From: a virus
Taxonomy: Duplodnaviria; Heunggongvirae; Uroviricota; Caudoviricetes
Reading direction: 5' to 3' (one strand)
Length of the DNA: 64,000 bases
Virus record (IMG/VR): IMGVR_UViG_3300025838_000019
Location: 38,640 to 102,639 of that record
Made by a program: the position numbers and the translations under genes. Within the stretch, counting starts at the first letter, position 1, and the number at the start of each line of letters is the position of its first letter. Below are positions 11,801-22,100 of this stretch, in pieces. A model generated the notes under the pieces. The model worked only from the letters and a program-made list of their open reading frames with translations. It ran no database searches and was not told where the DNA came from.

Positions 11801-14213
11801 TCGCTGGGCTAAATCTGACATTTCAGACCTACAGACTCGTGTTAACAACTTAGAGTACTATGCTTCTTTGAGTGTTCTAGAACAAAATGCACAGTCATTA
11901 CAAATTCCTGATGCAAACGGATTGAACCGTTTCAAAAACGGTATCTTGGTTGACGACTTCAGTTCATACGGAACAGCAGACACTTTCAATCCAGACTTTA
12001 CTGCAAACTTGAACATAAGAAAAAAATCTTTGAGTCCAGTTACAGTTGTTGATAACTTCCAATTACAAAACCCAATCGTACATGCTTCGTTGGGTACACT
12101 ATCAAACACAAACACATTTGCCGTTTCTAGTCTTGGTGGTACAGGTACAAACATTTTTACTCTACCATATACAACCGCAAACGTTGCAGTTCAACCTCTT
12201 GCAAGTAACACAGTAAGTTTGAACCCATTTGGTGTTTCTGTATATCAAGGTTCTGCAAGCTTGTTCCCACCAATGGACAATTGGGTTGATAACGCACAAG
12301 CACCTGCATTGTTGATTACCGATCCAAATATGCAAGTGTTCCAACAAGCCGCTGGTGTTAACTTAACAAACAACGGCGATTTTGCAACTATTCCCGGTAC
12401 ACAATACTCAACCACATCTTCAGTATCTGTATCTAACCACGGCGATCCTAACGTTAACAGTCCTTTTGGTTCTGTTGTAGGTTACACAGCAACAACTACA
12501 GCTACTTACGGTAGTCAATTACAGAATGTAAATACAACTGTTGGTATGAAGGCTGTGAATTCAACCTTGAATATTAACAATGGTTATTTGACAAACATTT
12601 CTATGTTGCCATACATTCGCCAACAACAAATTGGTTTCTATACACAAGGTTTGTTGGTGAATACGCCTGTGTCTGTATGGTTTGATAATCAAAACGTAGA
12701 CCAATACATCACAATGCCAAATACTATTGAATTGACTGGTGTATCTGGTACATTCAATCAAGGTGACGTTGTTGGTTTCTATCAAGCCAATACATTCTAC
12801 CCAACAGCTCGTGTAGAAGGTACATACGTATATCCATATTCAACGAACGTTCGTTTGTATGTTTCTGATGTACTTGGTGCACCTTTGTACACAACTACAA
12901 ATACAGTACAAAACGGTATCTTTAACTCAAGTGGCATTTATATTGGTTCAACCGCATCTGGTTCTATCAACACAGGTATTTCTAGAATCAGTTCTCATGG
13001 GCAAGTTACTGGTGTTGGTGGTGGTTACACGATCAATGGTCAAACAGTACAAATTTATGCTGTTCAAGACCCATCAAACTGGTCAACATTTATGAACCAG
13101 TATGCTGTTTGGGGTGACTTGAATAGAACTGCTTCATACACAGGTTCGTTTACTGTGATACCAACAATTGCCGGCACATACAAATATACATATGCTAGTA
13201 CTGGTGGTAGTACTGGTTCAGGCAATACAACAATTTACGCAAATAATACAACACTTGTTTCAACTACAACACCTAACTATACTGCACCGACAGCAGGTTC
13301 TTTTGCAATTACTTCCGCTCAATTAAAATCTCCTTTGACATTGAGCTGGTCGGTAACTGGTGGCAACGGAACTCCAGCAGGAACTGCCGGTTTGGCTCTC
13401 GTTGTTGTTGATCCTACAGGTAATACTGTGTTTACTTCAACACACCCACCTGCATTACCATACATCAACACATCTTCTGAGTTGTTGATGCCACAAGGTG
13501 GCGCATACTTTAGTGGTGTTACTGCACTTTCATTGGATCAAAAAGCAACCGGTAATACATCAACATATTATCAAGGTGCTAAGATTCAAATCACATCAAC
13601 ATATGTTTACTCATACACAACAAGTACTGCAACATATGTTCCACCACCTCCACCAAGTGGTGGTGGCGGCGGTAAGATCATCTGTAACAAACTTGCACAG
13701 ATGGGTTACTTTGACCATGCAATGAACGAAGCTGACCAAAGATTTGGTGCTCAGTTGCGTGACAAAGATAATGATGCGTATCGTGGTTATATTCGTTGGG
13801 CACAAACAGTTGTTGACTTAATGGATGGGCAAGGTTCAGAAAAACTACGTAAAGTTATTTTGTTCTGGGAAAAAGATGCACAACGTAGAATAGAAATACA
13901 AAAGAATATCGTTTCTTATTATATGGATATGTTAGCACGTCCATGGGCAGAAGAAATGGCCTTCAGAATGAAAGCAAAAGGTTATACTGAATCTAATCCA
14001 GCAGGCAGAATGATTATGAATATTGGTTTGCCATTGTGCCGTAAGATTGGTAAGGTCCAACGTAACACCAAGTTGCCATTGGCGGCTAAGATTTTGACGA
14101 TTTGGGGTACAGTAACTGTATTATTGGTAGGTGTTCTTGCAATCTCTGGTACAAACCTCGTTTTGAACAAGATTAAAAACTTGTTCAAAAGAGAACCAAA
14201 AACATCACAATAA
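8874..14213 (+). CDS. Large virion structural protein (DUF4815/VrlC-like), N-terminal part, ending in a Pro/Gly-KIIC-TM cassette
   Basis: PYYDDFDPSKNFHRVLFKPGYAVQARELTQAQTILQNQI, APGADRYQI, GTAYVHGY, DCIDFRP, NRFKNGILVDDF. Last ~190 aa are compositionally different: PPPPPSGGGGGKIIC, charged helical stretch, hydrophobic segment. Confidence 0.8.
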   Translation: MSENFNAKPYYDDFDPSKNFHRVLFKPGYAVQARELTQAQTILQNQISNFADNIFTQNTPVSGGKVTTNLTCYYLKLISTYGTGKVTAASFLNADGTGRYITDAATGTIVAKVIAAIEATTGDPPTLIVQYLSGIHFTDNITIKTNDTGTTEFATTVGVAGGTTCTGLSATASISSGVFYVVNGYSKTAVGTNYSIGNFVQVNPQTIVISKYSNNPSLRIGLTIDEEIIDYTSDSSLLDPAIGASNYQAPGADRYQINLNLTYLPLTIGNDSNFIELVRVINGQVVSQVDGTVYSTIDDYFAKRDYETNGDYIVAPFTFTPSANSINSNQYNLSISQGTAYVHGYRIENQSPLTLVSDRARTTQTVNNNDVVMNYGSYYYVDGMKNFFNVSNMPQVNLHCVQANNIVTGSSNGYNSSVIGTAFIRDLIYVSDSGAPNTFVYKAYVSDINLNAFSSNVAFAVGNITVTLYDPLNKLSLIANAYYGMTMTITSGTSAGDVRNIIYYNATSFEVDKPFTQTPDSTSVVTITPSVSSVESIVLPGANYTVAASVNINQQYGKYGQIFLGNAILENPGTPEMIFQIGNAYVANTSGATYQSVKTFSPGSTGTSGTFNILAGSSLAFVGTANQAQAASIIKQYYTVIDAGTGNILDYTVSGASVSLDSTKQTLTFTNAAYANKTVYVIAAVTVTNGDITPILKYKNLVIGSNTTVTTSPTTVNANAAVDLQMGQTIIQNVATGTGKISLYVADVKNVVKIYDTGSPSIQPVTAGLSTYTDVTSQYIFNNGQKDNYYDHASIQVLPGGNPAAGNLLVIYNYYSHINGTTNLGTGTASDGYFAVGSYLNSSNPDQLQNIPTYLASDGITYKLADCIDFRPSRVNANATLSFEFAGSGALMPTDLSTFISNYSYYLGRKDLLVLSKDKSFQIVEGTPSLNPIYPTQPTGSLLLTNLTLDPYTSYVPGEAPIGKRSNLSVNPVSHNRWAKSDISDLQTRVNNLEYYASLSVLEQNAQSLQIPDANGLNRFKNGILVDDFSSYGTADTFNPDFTANLNIRKKSLSPVTVVDNFQLQNPIVHASLGTLSNTNTFAVSSLGGTGTNIFTLPYTTANVAVQPLASNTVSLNPFGVSVYQGSASLFPPMDNWVDNAQAPALLITDPNMQVFQQAAGVNLTNNGDFATIPGTQYSTTSSVSVSNHGDPNVNSPFGSVVGYTATTTATYGSQLQNVNTTVGMKAVNSTLNINNGYLTNISMLPYIRQQQIGFYTQGLLVNTPVSVWFDNQNVDQYITMPNTIELTGVSGTFNQGDVVGFYQANTFYPTARVEGTYVYPYSTNVRLYVSDVLGAPLYTTTNTVQNGIFNSSGIYIGSTASGSINTGISRISSHGQVTGVGGGYTINGQTVQIYAVQDPSNWSTFMNQYAVWGDLNRTASYTGSFTVIPTIAGTYKYTYASTGGSTGSGNTTIYANNTTLVSTTTPNYTAPTAGSFAITSAQLKSPLTLSWSVTGGNGTPAGTAGLALVVVDPTGNTVFTSTHPPALPYINTSSELLMPQGGAYFSGVTALSLDQKATGNTSTYYQGAKIQITSTYVYSYTTSTATYVPPPPPSGGGGGKIICNKLAQMGYFDHAMNEADQRFGAQLRDKDNDAYRGYIRWAQTVVDLMDGQGSEKLRKVILFWEKDAQRRIEIQKNIVSYYMDMLARPWAEEMAFRMKAKGYTESNPAGRMIMNIGLPLCRKIGKVQRNTKLPLAAKILTIWGTVTVLLVGVLAISGTNLVLNKIKNLFKREPKTSQ

Positions 14214-14216
14214 ATA
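14209..14216 (+). promoter_or_regulatory. T4-type late promoter (AATAAATA) overlapping the upstream stop codon
   Basis: Close match to the gp55 consensus TATAAATA; AGGA Shine-Dalgarno follows before the ATG at 14240. Confidence 0.55.
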
Positions 14217-14239
14217 GCTGATATCGAATAGGATTCTAA

Positions 14240-16498
14240 ATGTCATATAATTATACAACAAGTCCAACACAAATCTTATCACAGACAATCACACAAACCG
14301 CAAACGTGGTTACGTATGATCCTGTGAATAAGATTGTTTTCTTAGATAAACCAGTTAACGTGTCTTTAGGATATAACTCGGTTGTTGGTCAAGTAACCTC
14401 ACAATATAGCTTTATTGGTAACTCCGTAAACGTTAGCCAAGCTATACAGAATGGCGGATTACCTAAACTATCAACTGATGAATCCGGTAAATTTATTGGT
14501 ATTTTCAATGTGCCACCTGGAAAATTTCAAACAGGCACAAGAATTTTCCGTGTAGATAATAGAACAGTTGCAACCGATCCAACAAGCGCAACATGTTATG
14601 CAGAAGCTTCATTTACAGCATCTGGTCTTTCTACTGCTTCTCAGAAATTAGATTTTGCTCCATCTGTAGATTCATCATCACAGACATTTACATCAGTTTC
14701 TGCAACACCAAGTCAGTTGATTAGTACAATTACGACATATACACCATATGATCCTATTGCACAAAGCTTTATTTTTGATAAGAAGAACTATCCCAACGGC
14801 GTATTCTTAAACTCAATCAAAATTTTCTTTGCTAAAAAACCATTGTCAGGAAACTTCCCTGTTAAACTCTCTATTGTTCCAACATTGAATGGTACTCCTT
14901 CAGGTTCGGCTCTTGCTTATTCAACAGTTACATTAAGTGGTGACCAGATTCTCACATCTTCTGCGCCTCACTTTTTGGATCCAACAACATACACCGAGTT
15001 TATGTTCCAAGCTCCTGTATATGTTCAACCTGGTGTGTTGTATGCGTTCTTGTTACAAGCAAATTCACCAGACTATCAAGTTTATTTTGCACAACAAAAT
15101 CAATTGGCAGTTCCTTCAACAGCAAGGGCTCTACCTACAGATTCTTTACCGACAAAGACCACAAAAATTGGTAACGCACCATATGTTGGTGCTTTGTTTG
15201 AGTCACAAAACTCTATCACATGGACAGCCGATCAAACTAAAGACTTGATGTTTGTTATCGATCAATGTGTATTTGATACAACAAAACAACCACAGATTCA
15301 GTTCAATGTGTTGCAAGGTCTACCATTCAGAAAAATGGGTAGAAATGATATTATGCACACAATTAATCCTGCACTTGTCTCTAATATGTACGGAAACTTT
15401 GGTAGTATGACAGGTTTGGCTGCAAACAATGGTGCAACACAGATTTCAAAATCAATTCGTACTGATGCAATCAATTTAACAACCACAGACTTTGTGCCAA
15501 CAGGCGCATCTATTGGTTACCAATACAGTGCAACACTTGCAAGTTCTGGTGCAGCTGACGGTCCATACAATGTAACACCTGGTAAACACGGTTCACCTAC
15601 ACCTGATAATATTTTCATGGGTGACGGCCAAGGTGAACGTCTATTGGTTTCAAATTCAAATACATCATTTACTATGACAGCAACCATGTTATCAAATGAT
15701 GCGAATGTGTCTCCAATCATATCAGATGATGGTGTTTCTCTATACAACCTTCGTTATATGATTAATAACATGGGATTGAGTAACGCTGTTATTGCATTAG
15801 TCAACGGAGGTTCAGGTTACTTGAGTAACAGTAACGGTGTAATCACATCTGGTACAAGTAACGCATCTATTGTTGTTTCTGCACCTGACGATACAGTTAA
15901 CGGTTCACAAGCTCAACTTGCTGCTAACGTTGTACTAGGCACAATTAATAGCGTATACGTTGTTAATCCTGGTGCAGGTTACTTGACCTCACCAACAGTT
16001 ACTATCACCGGTGCAAATACTGTAACAGCAAACGTTACAGTAACAGGTGAAAGTTCTCCACACGGTGGCAACTCATGGTGTAGATACTTCACTAAGAAAG
16101 TTGTATTGGCTGCAGGACAAGATTCTGGTGACCTTCGTGTGTACTATACTGCATACAAACCAACAGGAACACAAGTATATGTGTACTACAAACTGTTGAG
16201 TTCTAACGACACACAAAAATTTGATGATGGTTCATGGCAGTTGATGACACAGGTATCTCCTGTGGCTTACTCGACAGACCGTAATAACTATATCGAATTT
16301 GAGTGTGCTCCAGGTAATTGGGCTGTAGGTGGCGGAACTGCTTACAACAAGATTTCATACACAAGCAACAACGGCAGTACATACAACACGTTTATCCAGT
16401 TTGCAATTAAAATTGTATTAGCTACAAGCGACAACACCGATCCTCCAATATTGACCGATATTCGTGCATTGGCGTTGCCACAAGGAACAGGTATCTAA
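14240..16498 (+). CDS. Large virion structural protein (DUF4815/VrlC-like), C-terminal part
   Basis: DPIAQSFIFD...GVFLNSIKIFFAKKP, NSITWTADQTKDLMF, YFTKKVVL, FAIKIVL...PP.L.DIRALAL; these motifs usually form the C-terminal half of the single long gene in related phages. Confidence 0.8.
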   Translation: MSYNYTTSPTQILSQTITQTANVVTYDPVNKIVFLDKPVNVSLGYNSVVGQVTSQYSFIGNSVNVSQAIQNGGLPKLSTDESGKFIGIFNVPPGKFQTGTRIFRVDNRTVATDPTSATCYAEASFTASGLSTASQKLDFAPSVDSSSQTFTSVSATPSQLISTITTYTPYDPIAQSFIFDKKNYPNGVFLNSIKIFFAKKPLSGNFPVKLSIVPTLNGTPSGSALAYSTVTLSGDQILTSSAPHFLDPTTYTEFMFQAPVYVQPGVLYAFLLQANSPDYQVYFAQQNQLAVPSTARALPTDSLPTKTTKIGNAPYVGALFESQNSITWTADQTKDLMFVIDQCVFDTTKQPQIQFNVLQGLPFRKMGRNDIMHTINPALVSNMYGNFGSMTGLAANNGATQISKSIRTDAINLTTTDFVPTGASIGYQYSATLASSGAADGPYNVTPGKHGSPTPDNIFMGDGQGERLLVSNSNTSFTMTATMLSNDANVSPIISDDGVSLYNLRYMINNMGLSNAVIALVNGGSGYLSNSNGVITSGTSNASIVVSAPDDTVNGSQAQLAANVVLGTINSVYVVNPGAGYLTSPTVTITGANTVTANVTVTGESSPHGGNSWCRYFTKKVVLAAGQDSGDLRVYYTAYKPTGTQVYVYYKLLSSNDTQKFDDGSWQLMTQVSPVAYSTDRNNYIEFECAPGNWAVGGGTAYNKISYTSNNGSTYNTFIQFAIKIVLATSDNTDPPILTDIRALALPQGTGI

Positions 16499-16499
16499 T

Positions 16500-16736
16500 A
16501 TGTTAGTTAAGGTTAATAATACAAATTTTGTGAGAGATACAAACTCAATGGCATTATTGAACACAGATCAAAATGCTAGAAACGAGTATTATAATAAAGT
16601 TCGTCAGGCACAACTACAAAAACAAGAAATAAATACCGTTAAAGAAGAAGTGCAAAACATAAAGTCTGATGTAACTGAAATCAAACAGTTACTAAAGAAA
16701 CTATTAGAAGGTTCAAATGGCTCAACCAACGTTTAA
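16500..16736 (+). CDS. Small coiled-coil hypothetical protein
   Basis: ATG at 16500, one base after the upstream stop, preferred over 16464; VKVNNTNFVRDTNSMALLN followed by a heptad-rich C-terminus. Confidence 0.65.
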   Translation: MLVKVNNTNFVRDTNSMALLNTDQNARNEYYNKVRQAQLQKQEINTVKEEVQNIKSDVTEIKQLLKKLLEGSNGSTNV

Positions 16737-18408
16737 TCCAGCTGCTCAATTTAGTTTATTGACAAACGCCAATACCTTTCAGGATTGGTTGACTACGACC
16801 AACTCTTTGGTACAACAAAACAACGACTTGGCAGCCAATAACTTTTACAAAAATACTGGTACTCTTTATCTAAATGATTCCACTCTGGCTTTGTCTACAA
16901 ACAGTTCAGTTACATTGGGTGGTACAACAACTATTAATAGTGCAGTCGTTACAACACTTAGAACAACCGGTAACTTTATCGTAAGCGGAAATACATTATA
17001 TCAATCAAACAACTTCTTATTGAATTCTAGTTCCGGAACCAACATAACTGGTTCTTTTGGCGTATACAGACCACAATCATCATCGAATTCTGCGATTAGA
17101 TGGAATGAATCTGGACAATATTGGGATATTCTTGACGTAAATAACTCAATACCAGGAACACAGTATTCACAAATTTTGACAGCCAACTTGGTCAGCAGTT
17201 CTCTGTTGTCCACATCGACTACAACACTTGCAAGTTCAAATACTGTCAACGCATTATTCTCTCTAGTATCAACCACTTCTGCAAACGCATCAAACTCTTT
17301 TACTGGCACGACAGGTACTGCAAAGCCAATCAATGGTGCAGTAACTTTACTGAGCAATAACGGTATTAGTATTGTTGGTTCTGGCAATACAATCTACTTT
17401 AATACACAACAAGACCTAAGAAATACTGCAAGTCCTATTTTTGCATCAATTAGTTTAACATCACCTTTGTCTTTGAGTCAAGGTGGTACTGGTGCAAATA
17501 CTGCGGCAGGGGCTTTAAATGCCATTCTTCCACAGTCTGGCCAAATCTCCGGTTACGCACTATCAACAAACGGTGCAGGCACATATTATTGGGGTCCAGG
17601 GGGTAGCGGAAATAATAGCAACGGCAATACAATCATAACACGCCGTACTTATTATACAGCAACTGGCGGTCAAACCATATTTACTGGAACCTCACCATAC
17701 GTACAAAACTCGGGTCAATTGCGTGTTTATATTAACGGTGTAAGAAACTATGCAACAGAATATACCGAAACTTCTACAACATCATTCACATTGAATTCCG
17801 GTGCAACAGCCGGTGATACAATTATGGCGGAAGTTGATGCTTATACTTCGGCTATTTTTGCAAATACTATTCCTTATACTGTTAACCAACAAATCAGCAC
17901 ACAATATACCACAATACAATCCGCTATTGATGGTACACTTGTCTATGCCAATGCGGCATATACTTTGGCTAACACAACAGCCAACACGGTTACTACAACA
18001 CTAGCGACAAATAGTAATGCACAATTTAAAACGCTTGGTATTGGTACAACCGGTGATTCTGCAAACACTGGTAGTATTCGTGCAACAGGTGATATTACAG
18101 CGTTCTATTCTGACGACAACCTAAAAAATAGATTGGGAACAATCGATAACGCACTTGATAAACTATGCAGTTTGACTGGTTTCTTCTACGAACCAAACGA
18201 AAAAGCTATTGAATTGGGTTATCCATTACAGAGACATGTTGGTGTTTCTGCACAAGACACACAAAAAGTTTTGCCGGAGATTGTTAAACCTGCACCTATC
18301 TCCGACCGTTATCTGACAGTTCAATATGATAAGTTTGCACCGTTGATTATTGAGGCGATTAAAGAGTTGAGAGCTGAAGTTGAAGAATTAAAAGGACAAA
18401 TTAAATGA
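16717..18408 (+). CDS. Tail fibre protein with C-terminal intramolecular chaperone (peptidase S74-like) domain
   Basis: N-terminal ANTFQDWLTTTN; C-terminal GDITAFY-SDDNLK...LTGFFY...VGVSAQD.QKVLPEIV...LTVQYDK..PLIIEAIKEL, the S74 autocleavage signature. Confidence 0.85.
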   Translation: MAQPTFNPAAQFSLLTNANTFQDWLTTTNSLVQQNNDLAANNFYKNTGTLYLNDSTLALSTNSSVTLGGTTTINSAVVTTLRTTGNFIVSGNTLYQSNNFLLNSSSGTNITGSFGVYRPQSSSNSAIRWNESGQYWDILDVNNSIPGTQYSQILTANLVSSSLLSTSTTTLASSNTVNALFSLVSTTSANASNSFTGTTGTAKPINGAVTLLSNNGISIVGSGNTIYFNTQQDLRNTASPIFASISLTSPLSLSQGGTGANTAAGALNAILPQSGQISGYALSTNGAGTYYWGPGGSGNNSNGNTIITRRTYYTATGGQTIFTGTSPYVQNSGQLRVYINGVRNYATEYTETSTTSFTLNSGATAGDTIMAEVDAYTSAIFANTIPYTVNQQISTQYTTIQSAIDGTLVYANAAYTLANTTANTVTTTLATNSNAQFKTLGIGTTGDSANTGSIRATGDITAFYSDDNLKNRLGTIDNALDKLCSLTGFFYEPNEKAIELGYPLQRHVGVSAQDTQKVLPEIVKPAPISDRYLTVQYDKFAPLIIEAIKELRAEVEELKGQIK

Positions 18409-18725
18409 CAACAAAAGTTACCGACTCATCATTGACCACCACAGGTGTCTCTGCTGGAACATATGGATCAGCATCAAATACACATTTAATTTCTGTTAAC
18501 TCAGCAGGTAGAGTTACCTCAATTACAAACGTTGTAATTTCCATTGCAAATACACAAATTTCTGGTGTAGTTAATACCTCAGCTAACTTATTGACCGCCA
18601 ATGGTTTTTCTATTTCCGAATCCGCTGGAAAACTTTACTTTAAATATGGTAATACTGCGTTAGCATCTCTAGATCAACGTGGTAATTTAGTTGTGGCAAA
18701 TACGGTTACTACCGGAACACCATAA
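18405..18725 (+). CDS. Small fibre-associated virion protein
   Basis: AGTYGSAS...SVNSAGRVTS fibre repeat and KLYFKYGNT..ASLDQRGNL motif; 4-nt overlap with the upstream gene. Confidence 0.55.
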   Translation: MTTKVTDSSLTTTGVSAGTYGSASNTHLISVNSAGRVTSITNVVISIANTQISGVVNTSANLLTANGFSISESAGKLYFKYGNTALASLDQRGNLVVANTVTTGTP

Positions 18726-18744
18726 TCTGACATAAAAACGAGAT

Positions 18745-18752
18745 TATAAATA
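18745..18752 (+). promoter_or_regulatory. Late promoter TATAAATA
   Basis: Exact gp55 consensus ending 6 nt before the ATG at 18758. Confidence 0.7.
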
Positions 18753-18757
18753 CCATT

Positions 18758-19114
18758 ATGGCAGCAACATACTTAGACCTTTTCATTGAGCAGGGAACAG
18801 ATTACAACAACCAGATTGCGTTGGATGACACCAATGGTGCAGCCTACAATCTAGTTGGGTTCTCCGTATCTTCTGCCGCAAAGACTTCGTATTACACTGC
18901 AAATACGGCTTTCGTTTTTACTGCATCGATTCCCGATCCAGTTAATGGTATTATTCAATTGAGCGCCAACTCCGCAACAACAGCAAACGTTTCGGCTTCT
19001 AAAAAGTTGGTATATGATGTGATTGTTACAGACCCAAATGGTCTAAAAAGTCGTGTCTTGGAAGGACAAATTTATGTCACTCCAGGTGTAACTGGTATAA
19101 CACTCACATCATAA
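18758..19114 (+). CDS. Conserved phage virion protein (Ig/BppU-like fold suspected)
   Basis: LFIEQGTDY...G.IQLS....T.......VYDVIV......RVLEGQIYVTPGVT pattern common in phage structural regions. Confidence 0.6.
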   Translation: MAATYLDLFIEQGTDYNNQIALDDTNGAAYNLVGFSVSSAAKTSYYTANTAFVFTASIPDPVNGIIQLSANSATTANVSASKKLVYDVIVTDPNGLKSRVLEGQIYVTPGVTGITLTS

Positions 19115-19123
19115 AGTAGAACA

Positions 19124-22100
19124 ATGTCAAACAATTACAATAATAGAAATGGTGTAAATAAGGCTAGAGTTAACAGTTCTACCGTTTTTACTGGTTCTAC
19201 CGCTGTTAATCAAGTCGTTCAAGACATTTTTAATGTTGCGAATACATCTGCAAATACAGCGAACACTGCCTACAACTTTGCAAATAGTGTTTATGGAGCT
19301 GCAAACGCAGCCATGGCAAGCGCCAACTCGGCGGTTGCAAACTCCGTAACTGCATTAGTATACGCAAATGCGGCTTTCGCACAAGCAAACACAGACGCTA
19401 CGAACATAGTTATTACCGGTAACTATGCAAATGCAGCCTTCACAGAGGCAAATTCTGCATCCGTATATGCTAATGCAGCATTCCAATACGCCAACGCAGC
19501 CGAATCTTATGCAAACTCCGCATTTATTGCGGCTAATGCAGCCTTTGTTGCAGCTAATTCAGATGCAACAGCAAGAATTGTTGTGGGTAATTATGCTAAC
19601 GCAGCTTACCTACAGGCAAACGTTGCAACACAAGAAGCAGTCACATCTGGTGTATACGCTAACTCAGCTTATGCACAATCAAACGTTGCAACTCAAGAGG
19701 CGATTACATCTGGTGTATATGCAAACGCAGCATATACAACCGCAAACACGGCCGTACAAGAAGCAGTTACAGCTGGTGTATATGCAAACGCAGCCTTTGC
19801 ATTAGCCAACTCTGCATTTGGTGGTGAAACTTCTGCTGGTTCATACGCAAACTCTGCATTTACCTTAGCAAACACCGATGCCAATAACATCGTAATTGTT
19901 GGTAACTACGCTAACGCTGCATATGCGTTTGCTAACACCATCAATACAACTTCTTACGCAATTAATGCGTTACAAAATACAAACATTACATCTGCGGCAA
20001 CTTATGCTAACGCTGCATATTCTGCACAAAATACAACAGGTGTATATGCAAACAGTGCATACATTCAAGCCAATGCGGCATTTGGTGTATCTAATTCTGC
20101 AAGTTCTTATGCTAACGGTGCATTTGCAGCTGCGAATAATGCATACCAACTAGGTGGTGTGGTTGTTGGTGGTTATGCAAACTCTGCTTACCTACAAGCA
20201 AACGCAGCCTATAATGCACAAAACACTACAGGCATCTTTGCAAACGGTGCATATCAATTTGCTAACTCCGCTGGCGTATATGCTAACGGTGCGTTCACAC
20301 AGGCTAACACAAAGGTAAGTAAGTCTGGTGATACCATGACTGGTACCTTGAATATTGCAACAGGTTCTGGCCTATCACTTAATACTTCTGGTCCTATCAT
20401 CGTTGGTGGTGATATAACCATTACTGGTAACTTGAACCTATCAGGTTCTGCAAACCACTACTCTGCAAACTCGTTGTCCGTAACTGATCCGATGATCTAT
20501 ATGGCAACAAATAACTCAGGTGATGCAGTTGATATTGGTTTTATTGGTCACTTTGTAGGCACCGGCAACACAGGATTCTCACACTACCAACACACAGGTT
20601 TGGTTCGTGACGTTAATGACCGTAAATGGAAACTGTTTTCAAACGTTGTATCAGAACCAACAGCAACAGTTTTATTTGATGCAAACACCTCTTACGACAC
20701 ATTAAAAGTTGGTGTCATCGAAGCTGGTGCAGCAAACGTAAACAACTACGATTTATTCACATACATTGGTAACGCATATCAATCCGGTAACGTTGCTGGT
20801 GTGTATGCCAATGCGGCATTCCTTGCACAAAATACTACTGGTGTTTACGCAAACACTGGTCTACAGTATGCAAACTCTGCTGGTGTTTATGCTAACGCAG
20901 CCTTTAGTGAAGCAAACGTAATCTTTGCACTTGCAAACGTACACTCAAACAACATTACGATTGTTGGTAACTACGCTAACGCTGCGTTCACAGAAGCTAA
21001 TTCAGGTTCTGTATATGCTAATGCCGCTTTTGCTTTTGCAAACACTATCAATACATCGTCATCTGCAATCAATGCAGTACAAAATACAAACATAGGTATC
21101 GTTGGTACATATGCAAACGGTGCGTACCAAGCTGCAAACTCAGCAGGTTCTTATGCAAACGCAGCTTTTGCTTTGGCAAATACTGCATTTACTGGTGAAT
21201 CTAGTGCAGGTGTGTTTGCAAACGGTGCTTATCAATACGCAAACTCAGCTGCGGTTTACGCAAATGCGGCTTTCGCACAAGCAAATACCGATGCAAATAA
21301 CATTGTAATCGTTGGCAACTATGCAAATGCGGCATTTACCGAAGCCAACTCCGCAGCAGTATATGCTAATGCGGCCTTTGCAATCGCTAACGCAGCTTTT
21401 GGTGGTGAAACTTCTGCTGGTGTTTACGCTAACGCAGCTTTCGCATTAGCCAATACTGATGCAAACAATATTGTTATCGTAGGAAACTATGCTAACGCAG
21501 CTTTTGCTTTGGCAAATAGTGCATTTGGTGGAGAAACCAGTGCAGGTATCTACGCTAACGCTGCATTTATTACTGCAAACTCAGCTGGTGTGTACGCAAA
21601 CGGTGCATTGGCAGTTGCAAATAACTCATCCAACGTTGCAAACCTTGCGATTGTAACAAGTAATGCAGCGTTCATTGCATCAAATACTGCAAACAGTTTC
21701 ATCAATAGTGGTGGTACAATCAAGGGTCCAGTGAACCTTGGTGCAGTTGGATTGCCTACAGCAAACGTAAGTTCAGTACAAACATGGGCAAACACAGTCA
21801 ACCAAGCCAACAGAATTGATTCTTTCCTAACATCTGCATATAGAACCGCAGCATACGATGTTCAGTTGATTAATGGTTCTGGTTATCAAATGTCTAAGTT
21901 GATGTTGGTTCAACTTGAAACTGATGCGTTTGTAACAGAATTTGGTTCAATTTATTCTTACGCACCATCAGGTAATTTCTCTGCAAACGTTGTTTCTGGT
22001 ACAGTGAACTTGAACTTCACTCCTACATATTCTAACACATATGTTATTCTGACCAGAACTGCTATGCCAAACACAGGTATCAGTTCAATAATTACTTTGG

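Noticed and set aside
13641-14213. Intein/Hint domain in the DUF4815 protein
   Set aside because: No C-terminal His-Asn, no downstream extein in frame, and the segment looks helical with a TM stretch rather than all-beta.
14211-14242. Sequencing frameshift or programmed frameshift joining the two DUF4815 halves
   Set aside because: The second ORF has its own late promoter, SD and ATG, the first ends in a coherent TM-plus-basic tail, and no slippery heptamer is evident.
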